A stretch of 64,000 nucleotides of DNA from Bdellovibrionales bacterium (GCA_965203275.1 OZ241865.1:1600001-1664000); one strand, 5' to 3'; shown: positions 1 to 12,576, counted from the first letter of the stretch. Numbers and translations are program-made. Notes: a model not told the origin generated them from the sequence alone.

Positions 1-228
1 GTGATGATATGGTTTTGTTCTTGGTCTTTGTATCGACAGCTATCTAATCATTTACCTACACAGATCACAGAGATTAAGGACGATATGAAAGAATTGAAAG
101 AAGATATGAAAGATGGGTTTACAGAAGTTAATAGAGATATAAGAGAAGTTAATAGAGATATGAAAGATGGGTTTACAGAAGTTAATAGAGATATTAAACG
201 TCTTCTTGAAAAGTCTAATCAAGAATGA
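1..228 (+). CDS. Small membrane-anchored coiled-coil protein, NH[I/L]PTQ family (5' end possibly outside window)
   Basis: Hydrophobic start, SNHLPTQI motif, repeated MKDGFTEVNRD; paralogs at 36762, 38062, 44501. Confidence 0.7.
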   Translation: MMIWFCSWSLYRQLSNHLPTQITEIKDDMKELKEDMKDGFTEVNRDIREVNRDMKDGFTEVNRDIKRLLEKSNQE

Positions 229-401
229 TATACTATAATTAATTTCTACTGTTGTAGATAAACTTTACTGTTAATCCTAGTATATTGTATTTAAAGCTAT
301 AGGAGTTAAACTACCAACAAAGCCCTATAGCAAAAATGTCAATTTATATAAAAGAGTTTCTTTATTGCACAAACCGCTTGCTCCTAAGGTAATAAAAACA
401 C

Positions 402-881
402 TTTTTCCTTAACATGCTACAGAGGAATGAAGAGATCCTCCCTACTCAAAGTGAACAGGCTTTCTAGGCGATGACCATTTTATCGACGTGAAGTAAACAT
501 CTTGTTTCCTTAACATGGTGTTAAGAAAAGAGGAGATCCTCCTTACTAAAAATAAACGGATTTTTGAGGCAATCAGCCTTTGATCGACGGCGATAAGCCG
601 TCGGGCTAACTGCCATTAGAAGGATATTTTCCTTAACATGGTGTTAAGAAACGAAGATATCCTCCCCTACTCAAAATGCATAATTTTTTGAGGCAATGAC
701 CATTTTGCCAATGGTGAAAGCCATTGCGGTCATTGCCCAAAAACATGCCAGAGGCATGATGCATTTTGAGTGAAAAAGACAGCTAGTTCAATTTTAGGGA
801 AACAGAGGCTGGTTTATTTTTAGTGAGACAAACGTGGTCATCGCCAGAAAGTGACCAGAGGTCAGTTCACTTTGAGTGAAA
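402..881 (+). mobile_element. Nested cluster of three family-A structured elements plus one orphan right end
   Basis: Three TTTCCTTAACATG heads; stem pairs 444-456/865-877, 545-557/812-824, 669-681/759-771. Confidence 0.8.
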
Positions 882-993
882 CAACATAGATTGTCCAAAA
901 TTCTGCCACAAAACAAAAAACCTAGTGGCACAAAATCTCTTTCGACTCATAACCTACTGCTCAACTTTATTTTTGCAGGCTATCAAACTCAGG

Positions 994-1857
994 TTAATAT
1001 CTTGGAGTGAAAAGCGTCAAAGGCTCTCCTAGTGGCTTAAATAAAACTTCATCACCAGAGAGAAAAAATGGACCTTCATCTTTTTCTATACGGCTTTGTA
1101 TGGATTTGAGATTGTCTTCATCTTTAGGATGTAATAAAAATTGTGTTTTTTGATAACGTAAGTCAAAAGATTCGTTGTGTTCTTGTTTATCAAAGAATCT
1201 CCTCCATGCCACGTGATCAATTAAGCATTTGTAAGTGACAGAATGAGAGTGATCATGTGAAGCATTATATGTAGCAATTAATTCAAAATCTCCAAAATTA
1301 GTATGAAGTTTAAGGGCGTTAGAATGCCATTGAGTAACTCCATAAAGTGATTGAATATTAGCATACCATAAACCAAAAGCCTTACTTAAAAATCCAAGAC
1401 CTTTAAAACGTTTATCCGAAGGTAAAAGACCATTGAGTGAGCAAAGATTATGGGCAACCCATTGCCCTGTATCCATAGATGGAATGACAATAAAAAGAGA
1501 TAAAGGAACCCATTTTTCATGGGAGTGTTCATTTTTATAGAGATTGTGGATTTCTTTAGGCAATTTGTCTCTTTTCATTACAAATCCAGTGATTATTCCT
1601 GGCATAATTCCACAATCATAAAAAGCCCATCGAGGCGTAGAAAGCCTTCCAAACATAATAGAATCTACTTTCATTTGCAACTCTATAAAACCTGCATTTT
1701 TTAAAAGCAAAGGATTGATCACCTTAGGCTTGCGATGAAACCAATCAAAACTTTGCTGTGAAAAATTGCCTTCAATGCTTTTATGGTTTTCCGGTCGGAT
1801 GCAAATATAAGGTAAAATATCAGGATGATCTAGCCAATCAGGCTTTAGTGTATTCAT
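994..1857 (-). CDS. Hypothetical protein
   Basis: 287-aa ORF with AAGGAG RBS; no recognised motif. Confidence 0.7.
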   Translation of the reverse strand: MNTLKPDWLDHPDILPYICIRPENHKSIEGNFSQQSFDWFHRKPKVINPLLLKNAGFIELQMKVDSIMFGRLSTPRWAFYDCGIMPGIITGFVMKRDKLPKEIHNLYKNEHSHEKWVPLSLFIVIPSMDTGQWVAHNLCSLNGLLPSDKRFKGLGFLSKAFGLWYANIQSLYGVTQWHSNALKLHTNFGDFELIATYNASHDHSHSVTYKCLIDHVAWRRFFDKQEHNESFDLRYQKTQFLLHPKDEDNLKSIQSRIEKDEGPFFLSGDEVLFKPLGEPLTLFTPRY

Positions 1858-1970
1858 TAAGCTCCTTTTCTATTTAATTATAACAAAATTGTTTTTGAAA
1901 TAAAACGTTTTTCTCTTGAATAAATCATGCTGGTTTTAAAAGACCTATTGAGAGTAGAACAAATATAGAC

Positions 1971-2864
1971 TTAAAGAGTTTTTTGGACAGAAAACAAAAC
2001 GGCAGGGGCATTGCTTAAACCAATATAATACCTAGGCTCTATATTCAGAATTAGAGAGTTAAAATGTATTCCAAAGTGAAAAGACACAATAGCACCAAAA
2101 CCTATTTTAGATAATGGTTGAGAGCCGTCCTCCTTTGATAACCTTAAGTAATTCACAGTAGGCCCTAGGCCAATAAATAGAAAGCCGTTATTTTTCATCA
2201 GAGCATCTAAAAAGATCAAAAGTTGAGGTTCTACAAAAACAGCAATGTTGTTTTGGTACCCGTTAGGAGCTGTAAGAGTAAAGTGGGTTGTAACATCCCA
2301 TATCTGACGCTTTAAAAACATTTGAGAAGAAAAATTAAACTTCAAACCATAGGTCAAAAAACCACCTGTAATACTGTTAGAATCTTCAAAGCTTATTTCT
2401 TTGCGATTTTTAATATAGTTTTGATTGAAAACATAGCTTGCCATAATGCCAGCTCTCGATCTGCTCGCTAGACTTTTGTCGACAGAAGGCCTCTCGCCTT
2501 TTTTAGGTGGCTTTTTTTGATCTTCTTGTGTGTTTTCTTTCTCTTGGCCATTATTGCTAGATAAAGACCTATTAAGCGGTGAAGAAGGATTTGCTCCTTG
2601 AACTTTTACATCTATATCGGAGATATATCCGATACGTTTTTGAAAAATCACACGATAAAAAGGCCCAATGGTTTTATCAGAAATTCTTATCTTTTGTCCA
2701 CTTCTGAAATAACCTAAAACACGGCTATCAAAGTTAGCACTGCTATAGACGATAGCCCCATCTGTCGCTACAGTTGCATCTTGTGCAGCTTTGGATTCTG
2801 TCCAAAGTCCTAAGACACAAAAAAACATTAAATTTGCCCATAATGTAAAATACCTGTTGAACAT
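1971..2864 (-). CDS. Secreted SH3-like domain protein with probable C-terminal beta-barrel
   Basis: Signal peptide; AIVYSSANFDSRVLG...GYISDIDV SH3b-like segment; alternating beta-strand C-terminus. Confidence 0.6.
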   Translation of the reverse strand: MFNRYFTLWANLMFFCVLGLWTESKAAQDATVATDGAIVYSSANFDSRVLGYFRSGQKIRISDKTIGPFYRVIFQKRIGYISDIDVKVQGANPSSPLNRSLSSNNGQEKENTQEDQKKPPKKGERPSVDKSLASRSRAGIMASYVFNQNYIKNRKEISFEDSNSITGGFLTYGLKFNFSSQMFLKRQIWDVTTHFTLTAPNGYQNNIAVFVEPQLLIFLDALMKNNGFLFIGLGPTVNYLRLSKEDGSQPLSKIGFGAIVSFHFGIHFNSLILNIEPRYYIGLSNAPAVLFSVQKTL

Positions 2865-3120
2865 AAAATAACCCTGCTGTCTTTGGAGCTAAAAATATAG
2901 ATGGAGCTATTGTGTAAAAACAAAAATCCATCTATTCGCACTGTGTATATATGTATAACTATGTCGCCTAAAAGAAAGCCTTCACACTATTATAACTTAA
3001 AATTTACTTAATGGTTAGACAGTTTGAGAATCCTCTACTTACGTTATTGACTCAAATAAAGACCTCTTAGGGTAAAAGAATCTTGCTATAGGCATTTAAT
3101 TGGTATATTTAGTTAAAATA

Positions 3121-4332
3121 ATGCAAAACATTAGTTTAAAACAGCTTAAAAAAGCTCACATTAAGATCAATATTTCTCATTTGATTCATAATGCCAGACT
3201 ACTGAAAAAACGGCTTGGCAATGTGTTTTTTTGTCCTGTTGTTAAGGTTAATGCTTATGGACATGGACTTTCTCTTATTGTACAAGCACTTCAAAATGAA
3301 AACATAGATGCTTTTTGTGTCGCCTCTGTGGATGAAGCTGTACAATGCAGGTCTTTTCTCACAAAACCTATCCCCATCATTATTTTTACTGCTGACTACA
3401 CCTCTTATGAGATACAAGCTTGCTTAGATTACAATCTCACCCCGGTGATTGGTCAAATGACTGATTTGATTAGATTTCAATCTGCCTCTTTTAAATTAAA
3501 TATCCACTTAAAGTTTGATACAGGCTTGCATTGTCATGGTTTTTCCATTGATGAAATGAGTACAATAAAAGAACAACTTGCTCAAAGCCCTTACCTTAAT
3601 TTAACAGGTGTGGCCACTCATTTAGCAAAGGCATACGATGCAGGACTTAAGGATGGATATAGCTTTATACAGCAAAAACAATTTATCCAAATACAAAAAT
3701 TATTTGGACCTCAAAATTATCATTATCAGAACAGTGCATGTATTTTACTTCAAAAAGATATTACTTGTGGAGGGCGACCTGGCATTGCCCTTTATGGAGT
3801 TTTGCCTTATACTCACAAACCTGTTTCTGTAGACTTAAGACCTGTGATGAGTTTTCAAACGCATTTGATCAATATCAGAAAGATTAAAAAAGGAGTTGCT
3901 GTTTCTTATGAACACCAATGGACAGCTAAGAGAGATTCTGTGATTGGCTTGATTCCCATAGGTTATGCAGATGGCTTAAGAAGAAACTTAACCAAAGAGA
4001 AAATTTATTTTTTGATAGAAGGTCAAAAGGTTCCTCAAATTGGAGTCATTCGCATGAACTGTTGTCTTGTGGATTTAACAGATATGCAAAGAGAAGTGAG
4101 CGTAGGGACAAGGGTAGTGATTTTTGGTGAAAGTTATGGAAAACATCTCACAGTTGAACAATTAGCTCGCAGGTCAAAATTAGCCCCTTATGAAATTTTA
4201 ACAGGACTTCGGTCAGATATAGAAAGAATTCCTATTTATGAGAAAGCAAAGCATATACACACAGTGAATCATTCACATTTAACAAAACAATCGTGCTTAC
4301 ATGACAAAACATATCCATCAGCTCTTTTATAG
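3121..4332 (+). CDS. alr: Alanine racemase
   Basis: PVVKVNAYGHG PLP-lysine motif, HLKFDTG, RPGIALYG, VSY, IGYADG; ATG 3121 preferred over TTG 3100. Confidence 0.9.
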   Translation: MQNISLKQLKKAHIKINISHLIHNARLLKKRLGNVFFCPVVKVNAYGHGLSLIVQALQNENIDAFCVASVDEAVQCRSFLTKPIPIIIFTADYTSYEIQACLDYNLTPVIGQMTDLIRFQSASFKLNIHLKFDTGLHCHGFSIDEMSTIKEQLAQSPYLNLTGVATHLAKAYDAGLKDGYSFIQQKQFIQIQKLFGPQNYHYQNSACILLQKDITCGGRPGIALYGVLPYTHKPVSVDLRPVMSFQTHLINIRKIKKGVAVSYEHQWTAKRDSVIGLIPIGYADGLRRNLTKEKIYFLIEGQKVPQIGVIRMNCCLVDLTDMQREVSVGTRVVIFGESYGKHLTVEQLARRSKLAPYEILTGLRSDIERIPIYEKAKHIHTVNHSHLTKQSCLHDKTYPSALL

Positions 4333-4340
4333 GATTTTAA

Positions 4341-5075
4341 ATGAGTCATCCACAAAAGCAAATTTTAAATGATATTTTAGATAAGGTGAAAAACCCTCAT
4401 CAGAATTCACAACCTTTGGCTATTTTTGATTTAGATGGCACTTTGATAGATGTACAAAATCGCATGTTAGAAATCTTTAAAGACTTTGCTCGCTTGCCTA
4501 GTGTGGCAAAGCAATTTCCTCAAGTTCCTTCAGTGATTTTAAATACATCTGTTTTGCCGTCTCGTAAATATTATATCGAAGATTACTTTGAAGACTTAAA
4601 ACTAGGGCATTTAGATGAAAGTTTTCATGCTAGTTTATTAAAGTTTTGGAAGAAATGCTTTTTTAGCAATGACTACTTAAAATATGACGTGCCTTTTCCT
4701 GGAGCCTTAGATTTTTTAGCAAAGCTCAAAAGTTATCATGTTAAGATTGTGTATTTAACAGGACGCGATGAAAAAAGAATGGGAGAAGGAACACGCAAGT
4801 ATCTTTTAGATAAGGGCTTCATGGATGGGAAACAAATCCAGTTAATTTTAAAACCTCATAAAGCTATGGACGATGCCCTTTTTAAAAAGAATGTCATTTT
4901 AAACTTTGATAAATATTATCACCCTATTTGGTTTTTTGATAACGAACCTTTTATTATTAACCCTGTGATCAAAGAGACCCCTCATATCAATGTGATTTTT
5001 TTTGAGAGTAGCCATTCTCGTAGAGATGCTCCTCCTGGACAGAAAGTACATCGCATCCAATCCTTTGAACACTAA
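4341..5075 (+). CDS. HAD-family hydrolase
   Basis: FDLDGTL motif I, YLTGR motif II. Confidence 0.85.
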   Translation: MSHPQKQILNDILDKVKNPHQNSQPLAIFDLDGTLIDVQNRMLEIFKDFARLPSVAKQFPQVPSVILNTSVLPSRKYYIEDYFEDLKLGHLDESFHASLLKFWKKCFFSNDYLKYDVPFPGALDFLAKLKSYHVKIVYLTGRDEKRMGEGTRKYLLDKGFMDGKQIQLILKPHKAMDDALFKKNVILNFDKYYHPIWFFDNEPFIINPVIKETPHINVIFFESSHSRRDAPPGQKVHRIQSFEH

Positions 5076-5280
5076 TAGAGATTATTAGTGGCCTTAAAAT
5101 AGAAAGAGCCATCACAAACTTTGCTAAATTTCTAAGCTATCTATTATTAAGTTAGGGCATATTTTGAAAAAACCAACTGGGAAAACAGAAAATGAAATAT
5201 CCATACGCTAAATAAGAAATACAAATAAAATAATTGACTTGATAGACATACAAAATTTAGAGTAAAAGAATAGAGAGGAC

Positions 5281-7020
5281 ATGACCATTATGAATGAAAA
5301 CAAAATATATACAATCTTAGCCTGTAGCCCCTGTAGCACTTATAGCCATAAAGAAGTTATACTGACCTTACTTAAAACAAAATCACTCTATTATAAAATC
5401 TCTCGGTTATTTTCTGTTCTAAATATCTATCAACAACAAAATCAAAAGATTTATTTATTAATGCCATTAACATTTTTAATGCTTGTATTTTTAGGGGGTA
5501 GTCTTAAAAATCATGCCATTGCATTTATTACTCCACAAGTGCAGGAACATCAAATATCAGTCGACCAAGAAACAATAACGAGTGACACACATCGAGATAT
5601 TGTTATGCATATTGCTGCTGATAGAGGTGATATTGATCAAGTAAGGCAACTGCTTGCCCAAGGCTTTAATCCAAATGATTTAAATATTAAAAATCAAACC
5701 CCTTTACATATAGCTGCTTATAGAGGGCATACTCATATTTTAGAAATTCTTTTAGATGCTGGAGCGGATATTAACCTTTCTGAGATCAGAGGCAATACAG
5801 CCCTTCATTATGTTGCTGGAAATTGCTACCCGACAGCTGTTGCAAAGCTTATTCAATCTCATGCTGATTTGAATCAAACAGATCATGTAGGTAGTACACC
5901 TTTTCATGTGGCTGCTGCTAGAGGTTGTACTGCGGTGGTTAAGATGTTCATAGATGCGGGTGTTGATGTTGATATAATCAATGATCAGCAATTTTATCGT
6001 ACGGCCTTGCATTATGCTGCTTATGGTTGTCATGTAGATACAGTTAAGACACTTATAGAATATGATGCAGATATTTATAAAACAGATCTTGTGGTTAATA
6101 ATCGAAATGTTGGCACAGCTTTGCATGTAGCCGCTGGCAGAAATTGTGTTGATGTTGTTAATATATTGATAGAGGCAGGTCTTCATCTGGATACACTCAA
6201 TAACTCTAGAAGTCGTGTTACCCCCTTACATCTTGCCGCTCAAAGTTGTCATATCAATACTTTTGAAGCACTGATCCGTGCTGGTGCAGATATGTATGCA
6301 AAAGACTTTCTTGGAAACACAGTTCTTTTCTTTGCTGTTGATAGAGGTTGCGGTAATATTGTCAATATGCTTATAGACAAAGGCTTTGATATCAATGCAC
6401 CTAATAATAATAACAATGTACCACTCCACTATGTTGCTACTAACTGTCAGGTTGACGTTGCTAAAATATTAATAGCATCAGGTGCAGATATGTATGTACC
6501 GGATAATATGGGCAATATAGCTATTCATCATACAGCAATAAATGATTGTGTTGAGTTGACAAAACTTTTTATTGAGAATGGCGTTGATCCTAATTATGTC
6601 AACAATCACAGGGAGACTCTTTTGATACATACAGCTACTGAGAATGCTGTAAAAATTGCAAGTTATTTAATAAATATAAAAACATCATTAGATATACAAA
6701 ATGTGAATGATAATACAGCTTTGCATATAGCTACTTATCATGGTCACTCTTTAATCGTCCGTTTATTATTGAGTGTATCTGCTAATTTTATGCTGAGAAA
6801 CAGAGATGGAAATACTCCCTTACATCTTGCTGCCTCTGGTGGCTACAAGGCTTCCTTAGGAGATCAAGACTTGATCAATTACCAGGATATTATTTATGAT
6901 CTATTAAACGCTGGTGCTGTAATGCAGTGGAACAATAGAGGAATAACACCTATTGACATGTTACACATTCAATTACGTGGTACTCAATTGGCACATGAGT
7001 TAGCAGTGGCTTGGTTTTAA
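5281..7020 (+). CDS. Ankyrin repeat protein (about 13 repeats, Cys-rich)
   Basis: Repeated TPLH/TALH.AA motifs; hydrophobic segment near residue 60; start uncertain. Confidence 0.9.
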   Translation: MTIMNENKIYTILACSPCSTYSHKEVILTLLKTKSLYYKISRLFSVLNIYQQQNQKIYLLMPLTFLMLVFLGGSLKNHAIAFITPQVQEHQISVDQETITSDTHRDIVMHIAADRGDIDQVRQLLAQGFNPNDLNIKNQTPLHIAAYRGHTHILEILLDAGADINLSEIRGNTALHYVAGNCYPTAVAKLIQSHADLNQTDHVGSTPFHVAAARGCTAVVKMFIDAGVDVDIINDQQFYRTALHYAAYGCHVDTVKTLIEYDADIYKTDLVVNNRNVGTALHVAAGRNCVDVVNILIEAGLHLDTLNNSRSRVTPLHLAAQSCHINTFEALIRAGADMYAKDFLGNTVLFFAVDRGCGNIVNMLIDKGFDINAPNNNNNVPLHYVATNCQVDVAKILIASGADMYVPDNMGNIAIHHTAINDCVELTKLFIENGVDPNYVNNHRETLLIHTATENAVKIASYLINIKTSLDIQNVNDNTALHIATYHGHSLIVRLLLSVSANFMLRNRDGNTPLHLAASGGYKASLGDQDLINYQDIIYDLLNAGAVMQWNNRGITPIDMLHIQLRGTQLAHELAVAWF

Positions 7021-7100
7021 TGAATCTTATAAACTTTTTAAAAGGGTAGTGTAATAAAAAAACAAATATAAAGAAAAGCAAAAGCACAAAAGGACCCACC

Positions 7101-8078
7101 TTGTATCATATTTTAAGTGCTAGTCAATTTGATCTTCCTACTTTGAAATACATTTATAGACTGACAAATCATATTCGTCGATTTGATAAATGTAAAGAAG
7201 GCTTAATGTATTTGAGAGGATTATTGAGAGAAAAGCGTGCTATGTTATATTTTACGCAGGTGTCTACACGTACATTTTTGTCTTTTCAGTCGGCATGTCA
7301 CGTGTTAGGTATACAAACTTTAGAGATTAGAGACCCTACGACAAGCTCTGAAATGAAAGGTGAGAGTACATTAGACTCTTTGAGGACCTTTTCAAGTTAT
7401 GCAGACCTTATGATCATTCGATCTGTTATCCCTAAATTGAGCGAAGATATTGCTAAACATCTTGATCAAACTCCTAGACGTGTCCCTATCATCAATGCAG
7501 GCAGTGGTCCTGATGAACATCCAACACAAGCTGTTTTAGATGTTTACACTTTGATGAGAAGTTTTAAAGGTAGCAACAACATCAATGGCAAGAGCATTTG
7601 TTTTGTAGGAGATCTCAAAAGAAGCCGAACAGTTCGTTCTTTGGTTCAGATGTTATGTTTATTTAAAGATGTAAAATTTATTTTCGTATCACCTCAAGCC
7701 TATCAAATTCAAGATGATATGTGTCAGTTATTAACTTCGAAAGGATTAGAGTTTACTCAAACTCAATGTTTTGAAGATGCTGTTTCCCAAGCAGATGCTA
7801 TTTACATAACACGCATTCAGTCAGAATATGGAGAGGATGAAAAGTGTGATCCGCCTATTGAAAAATTCTTCTTTAAGGCAGAACATCTCAAGTTAATCAG
7901 TGATGAATGTGTGATTATGCATCCCTTGCCACGTTGTCAAGAGTTAGATACAGCTGTGGATAGTGATCCTCGTGCTATGTATTGGCGACAAGAAAGAAAC
8001 GGCTTATGGACAAGAGCAGCTCTTATGACTATGATCTTAGGTGTGGATAACAAAATTGTTCTACCAGAACTTCAATAG
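7101..8078 (+). CDS. pyrB: Aspartate carbamoyltransferase catalytic subunit
   Basis: STRT, KGES, HPTQ, GDL, TRIQ, MHPLP motifs. Confidence 0.9.
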   Translation: MYHILSASQFDLPTLKYIYRLTNHIRRFDKCKEGLMYLRGLLREKRAMLYFTQVSTRTFLSFQSACHVLGIQTLEIRDPTTSSEMKGESTLDSLRTFSSYADLMIIRSVIPKLSEDIAKHLDQTPRRVPIINAGSGPDEHPTQAVLDVYTLMRSFKGSNNINGKSICFVGDLKRSRTVRSLVQMLCLFKDVKFIFVSPQAYQIQDDMCQLLTSKGLEFTQTQCFEDAVSQADAIYITRIQSEYGEDEKCDPPIEKFFFKAEHLKLISDECVIMHPLPRCQELDTAVDSDPRAMYWRQERNGLWTRAALMTMILGVDNKIVLPELQ

Positions 8079-8122
8079 TTAAAAAAAGAGAGGTCCATAC
8101 GAATAAACAAAGATCAACAAAG

Positions 8123-8770
8123 TTGGATAATGGTCATATTATTCTAGCTAAAGACTTTTACTATCAATCCACTGAAGAAGTAGCTCGTCAGTTACTTGGC
8201 AAAACCTTAGTTTACCAAAATATAGCAAAACAAGTCTTCTCTGGCATTATTGTAGAGACAGAAGCTTATTTAGGGCTTAAGGATCCTGCTTGTCACTCAT
8301 TTAGAGGTAAAATCACCTCAAGAAATAAATATTTATATCAAGAGGGAGGATACACTTATGTTTATTTTATCTACGGCATGTATTACTGCATGAACTTTGT
8401 GACTAAAAGTAACAAAGAACCTGAAGCTGTTCTCATAAGGGCTATTGAACCTCAAAAGGGACTTGCTTATATGAGGCAAAACCGGAAACATTCTTTTAAG
8501 AAATCTCCAAAGAACAAAAAGCCTGAGACTTACTTGACATCAGGTCCAGGCAAGCTTTGTCAAGCATTTGGCTTTGATCTTACACATAATAAATTAAAAT
8601 TAACTCAAAACAAACCATATCCTGCTATTTATGTGCTAGATGCATCGACACTTTCCCTTCGACAAATAAGCAAAGTTCCTCGTATTGGTATTCAAAGCTA
8701 TGGAGAAGTAGCTTTATGGCCCTTAAGGTTTTACATTAAGGACAATCCTTTTGTATCGGCTCTTAAATAA
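8123..8770 (+). CDS. mpg: DNA-3-methyladenine glycosylase (MPG/AAG family)
   Basis: IVETEAY, YVYFIYGMY, AVLIRA, SGPGKLC, PRIGI. Confidence 0.9.
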   Translation: MDNGHIILAKDFYYQSTEEVARQLLGKTLVYQNIAKQVFSGIIVETEAYLGLKDPACHSFRGKITSRNKYLYQEGGYTYVYFIYGMYYCMNFVTKSNKEPEAVLIRAIEPQKGLAYMRQNRKHSFKKSPKNKKPETYLTSGPGKLCQAFGFDLTHNKLKLTQNKPYPAIYVLDASTLSLRQISKVPRIGIQSYGEVALWPLRFYIKDNPFVSALK

Positions 8771-9025
8771 TTGGGCTTTTTATTGACTTGGAAGTAAGTG
8801 AGCTATTGTAAATATTTGGATAACTTTTTATGCTGAAGTTTTGTTTTAATTTTTAGACCTTGAAAAATGCAAATAAAGTATTGCTTTACATGTAAAGTTA
8901 AGGTTAAATCATTAAAGTTTATTTTTATTATATATAAAGTCAGAATTTAAAAAGCAAACATTCTGACAATGAAGCCAATAAAATCATTGAGTAAATAACA
9001 GAAAAACAATAACTCTCAACAAAGA

Positions 9026-9055
9026 GTGACCAGAGGTCAGTCACTTTGAGTGAAA
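9026..9055 (+). repeat. Orphan right end of family-A element upstream of hppA
   Basis: GTGACCAGAGGTCAGTCACTTTGAGTGAAA matches 851-881 with a 1-nt deletion. Confidence 0.75.
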
Positions 9056-9074
9056 AAACTACAGGAGATACATT

Positions 9075-11138
9075 ATGGAACAAGCAGGTATTTTTGGAGT
9101 GGGTGTTTTAGCACCTTTAGCTGGAATTATTGGACTTTTAGTTGCTGGTATACTGTATCAGATGATTATAAAAGCCTCACCTGGAACAGATAAAATGAAG
9201 GCTATAGGGGATGAAATTCATGCTGGAGCTATGGCCTTTTTGAAAGCAGAATATACTATTTTAGCTTTTTTTGTTCTTTTAGTGGCAATTCTTTTAGGTT
9301 TTAATTTTAACTTATCAACATCTTTAGCTTTTATTTCTGGGGCTGTGGCTTCTGGCCTAGCTGGTTGGCTAGGCATGAAGGCTGCGACTCAAGCAAATGT
9401 ACGTACGGCCAATGCTGCAAAAGAGCAAGGGCAGGCAGCAAGTCTTAATATGGCATTTCAAGGAGGAGGAGTCATGGGGCTTTCTGTTGCTAGCTTAGGA
9501 CTTCTAGGACTTGGCATTTTGTTTTATTTTTTTGGTAGGGACCCTGCTACGGCTAATGTTATCTCTGGCTTTTCTATTGGAGCATCTTCTATTGCTTTGT
9601 TTTCTCGTGTAGGGGGAGGCATTTTTACCAAAGCTGCTGATGTAGGCTCTGACCTTGTTGGTAAGGTTGAAGCAGGCATTCCTGAAGACGATCCCCGTAA
9701 CCCTGGTGTTATTGCTGACAATGTAGGGGATAATGTAGGAGATGTAGCTGGTATGGGAGCTGATATTTTTGAATCTTATGTGGGTGCTATGGTGGCATCT
9801 ATTGCCATTGCAGCAACAATGAGTGTAGACAAGATTCATCATTTGGTGTCTATTTCAGACAGCACAGTAGCTCAAGGTCTTTTGCTTTCATTTCCTTTAA
9901 TTTTAGCTATTATAGGACTGTTTGCTTCTTTGTTTGGCATTTTTGGGATGAAAGTTTTTAAATTCCTTCAACCTCAGATGGCATTGACTCTTTCTTCAGT
10001 GGTAGCAGGAGTAGTGTTTTTAGTCCTTACTTGGCTTTATGTGCAAACATCAGGCCTGAGTTCTTATATTTATTTAGCTATTATGACAGGGACTGTTGCA
10101 GGTATTTTGATTGGCAAGGTGACAGAATATTATACAGCTTCTCGCCCTGTTTATAGAATTATGGAAGCTTCCAGAACAGGACCTGCTACAAATATTATTA
10201 CAGGAATGGCTGTGGGTTTAGAGTCGTGTGCTTTGCCATTAGCCTTGATCTCTGGTTCTATTTTAATCTCTTATAACCTTGCAGGATTGTACGGCATTGC
10301 TATGTCGGCTGTGGGGATGTTAGCTACTGTAGGTGTGACAATGACAGTGGATGCTTATGGACCTATTGCTGATAATGCAGGAGGCATTTCAGAAATGTCA
10401 GGGCTAGGCCCTGAGGTGAGAAAGATCACAGATGGATTGGATGCCTTGGGTAATACAACAGCGGCAATTGGTAAGGGCTTTGCGATAGGGTCTGCTGCTT
10501 TGACAGCCCTAGCTCTCTTTGTGGCTTATGCTCAGTCAGTTAATGTTTCTCTTGCAGAGCAAGGCTTGAGTGCTTTATCTATGGATATTTCTGATCCTAA
10601 AGTAGTTGTAGGATTATTTTTAGGAGCTATTGTACCCTTATTAGCAGGAGCTATGACAATGACCTCTGTAGGAAAAGCAGCTTCTCAAATGGTTGCTGAA
10701 ATACGCAGGCAGTTTAAAGAGATTCCAGGGCTTTTAAAGGGCGATGCTAAGCCTGATACTAAAAGATGTGTAGATATTTCTACCAAAGCAGCCCTTAAAG
10801 AAATGATAGCACCAGGGCTGGTGGCTGTGATAGCCCCTGTAGCTGTTGGTTTTGGATTAGGTCCTGATGCTTTAGGTGGCATGTTAGCAGGTGCTTTGTT
10901 GGTGGGTGTGGTGATTGCTCTTTTAATGTCCAATGCAGGGGGTGCTTGGGACAATGCTAAAAAATATATTGAAAAAGGCAGTTTAAAGGGGGAAGCTAAG
11001 GGCGGAGATGCTCATAAAGCAGCTGTAACTGGTGATACAGTTGGTGATCCCTTTAAGGATACCACAGGCCCTGCCATGAATATTTTAATTAAGTTAATGT
11101 CTATTGTCGCTTTGATCATTGCTCCTTTAATTATTTAA
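9075..11138 (+). CDS. hppA: Membrane-bound pyrophosphatase, K+-dependent, probably Na+-translocating
   Basis: [28 protein letters not shown] (Ala/Gly K+-dependent signature), DIFESYVGA. Confidence 0.92.
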   Translation: MEQAGIFGVGVLAPLAGIIGLLVAGILYQMIIKASPGTDKMKAIGDEIHAGAMAFLKAEYTILAFFVLLVAILLGFNFNLSTSLAFISGAVASGLAGWLGMKAATQANVRTANAAKEQGQAASLNMAFQGGGVMGLSVASLGLLGLGILFYFFGRDPATANVISGFSIGASSIALFSRVGGGIFTKAADVGSDLVGKVEAGIPEDDPRNPGVIADNVGDNVGDVAGMGADIFESYVGAMVASIAIAATMSVDKIHHLVSISDSTVAQGLLLSFPLILAIIGLFASLFGIFGMKVFKFLQPQMALTLSSVVAGVVFLVLTWLYVQTSGLSSYIYLAIMTGTVAGILIGKVTEYYTASRPVYRIMEASRTGPATNIITGMAVGLESCALPLALISGSILISYNLAGLYGIAMSAVGMLATVGVTMTVDAYGPIADNAGGISEMSGLGPEVRKITDGLDALGNTTAAIGKGFAIGSAALTALALFVAYAQSVNVSLAEQGLSALSMDISDPKVVVGLFLGAIVPLLAGAMTMTSVGKAASQMVAEIRRQFKEIPGLLKGDAKPDTKRCVDISTKAALKEMIAPGLVAVIAPVAVGFGLGPDALGGMLAGALLVGVVIALLMSNAGGAWDNAKKYIEKGSLKGEAKGGDAHKAAVTGDTVGDPFKDTTGPAMNILIKLMSIVALIIAPLII

Positions 11139-11233
11139 TTAAATATTTCTTGAAATATTTCTTGTCTAGGGACTTAAAAGTTTGTTAAGTTTCTGTAGGG
11201 ATGATTTTAGTTTATACTAACTTAAGTCAATAA

Positions 11234-12325
<1,092 letters not shown>

Positions 12326-12576
12326 TCTGTACTCTTTGAATAAATCAAAAAAATTGTTGATTGATAGTGCATAATAGGTCACACTTTAAAGATACTTCAA
12401 GAAATCTATAAATGCAGTGAGTTTGTTTAAAGAAGTAGTTACAATGGCAAGCTCATTTAAAATGATAACATTAAATGTGTTAGAGTAGAGGTATCCGAAG
12501 TGATAGCGATCAAAAAAGAAAACTCAAAAAACAATTACATAACAATGTAACACAGGGTGAAGCAAATTAAACATAA

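Noticed and set aside
296..331. GCTATAGG...CCTATAGC inverted repeat as a further repeat family
   Set aside because: Single occurrence, 8-bp stem with long loop; insufficient support
402..881. CRISPR array
   Set aside because: Heads recur but the intervening DNA is homologous and self-complementary rather than unique spacers; spacing irregular; no cas genes
9504..10954. Antisense ORFs within hppA (and similar ones within mreB, ankyrin, thrS, phhA genes)
   Set aside because: Shadow frames of well-supported genes
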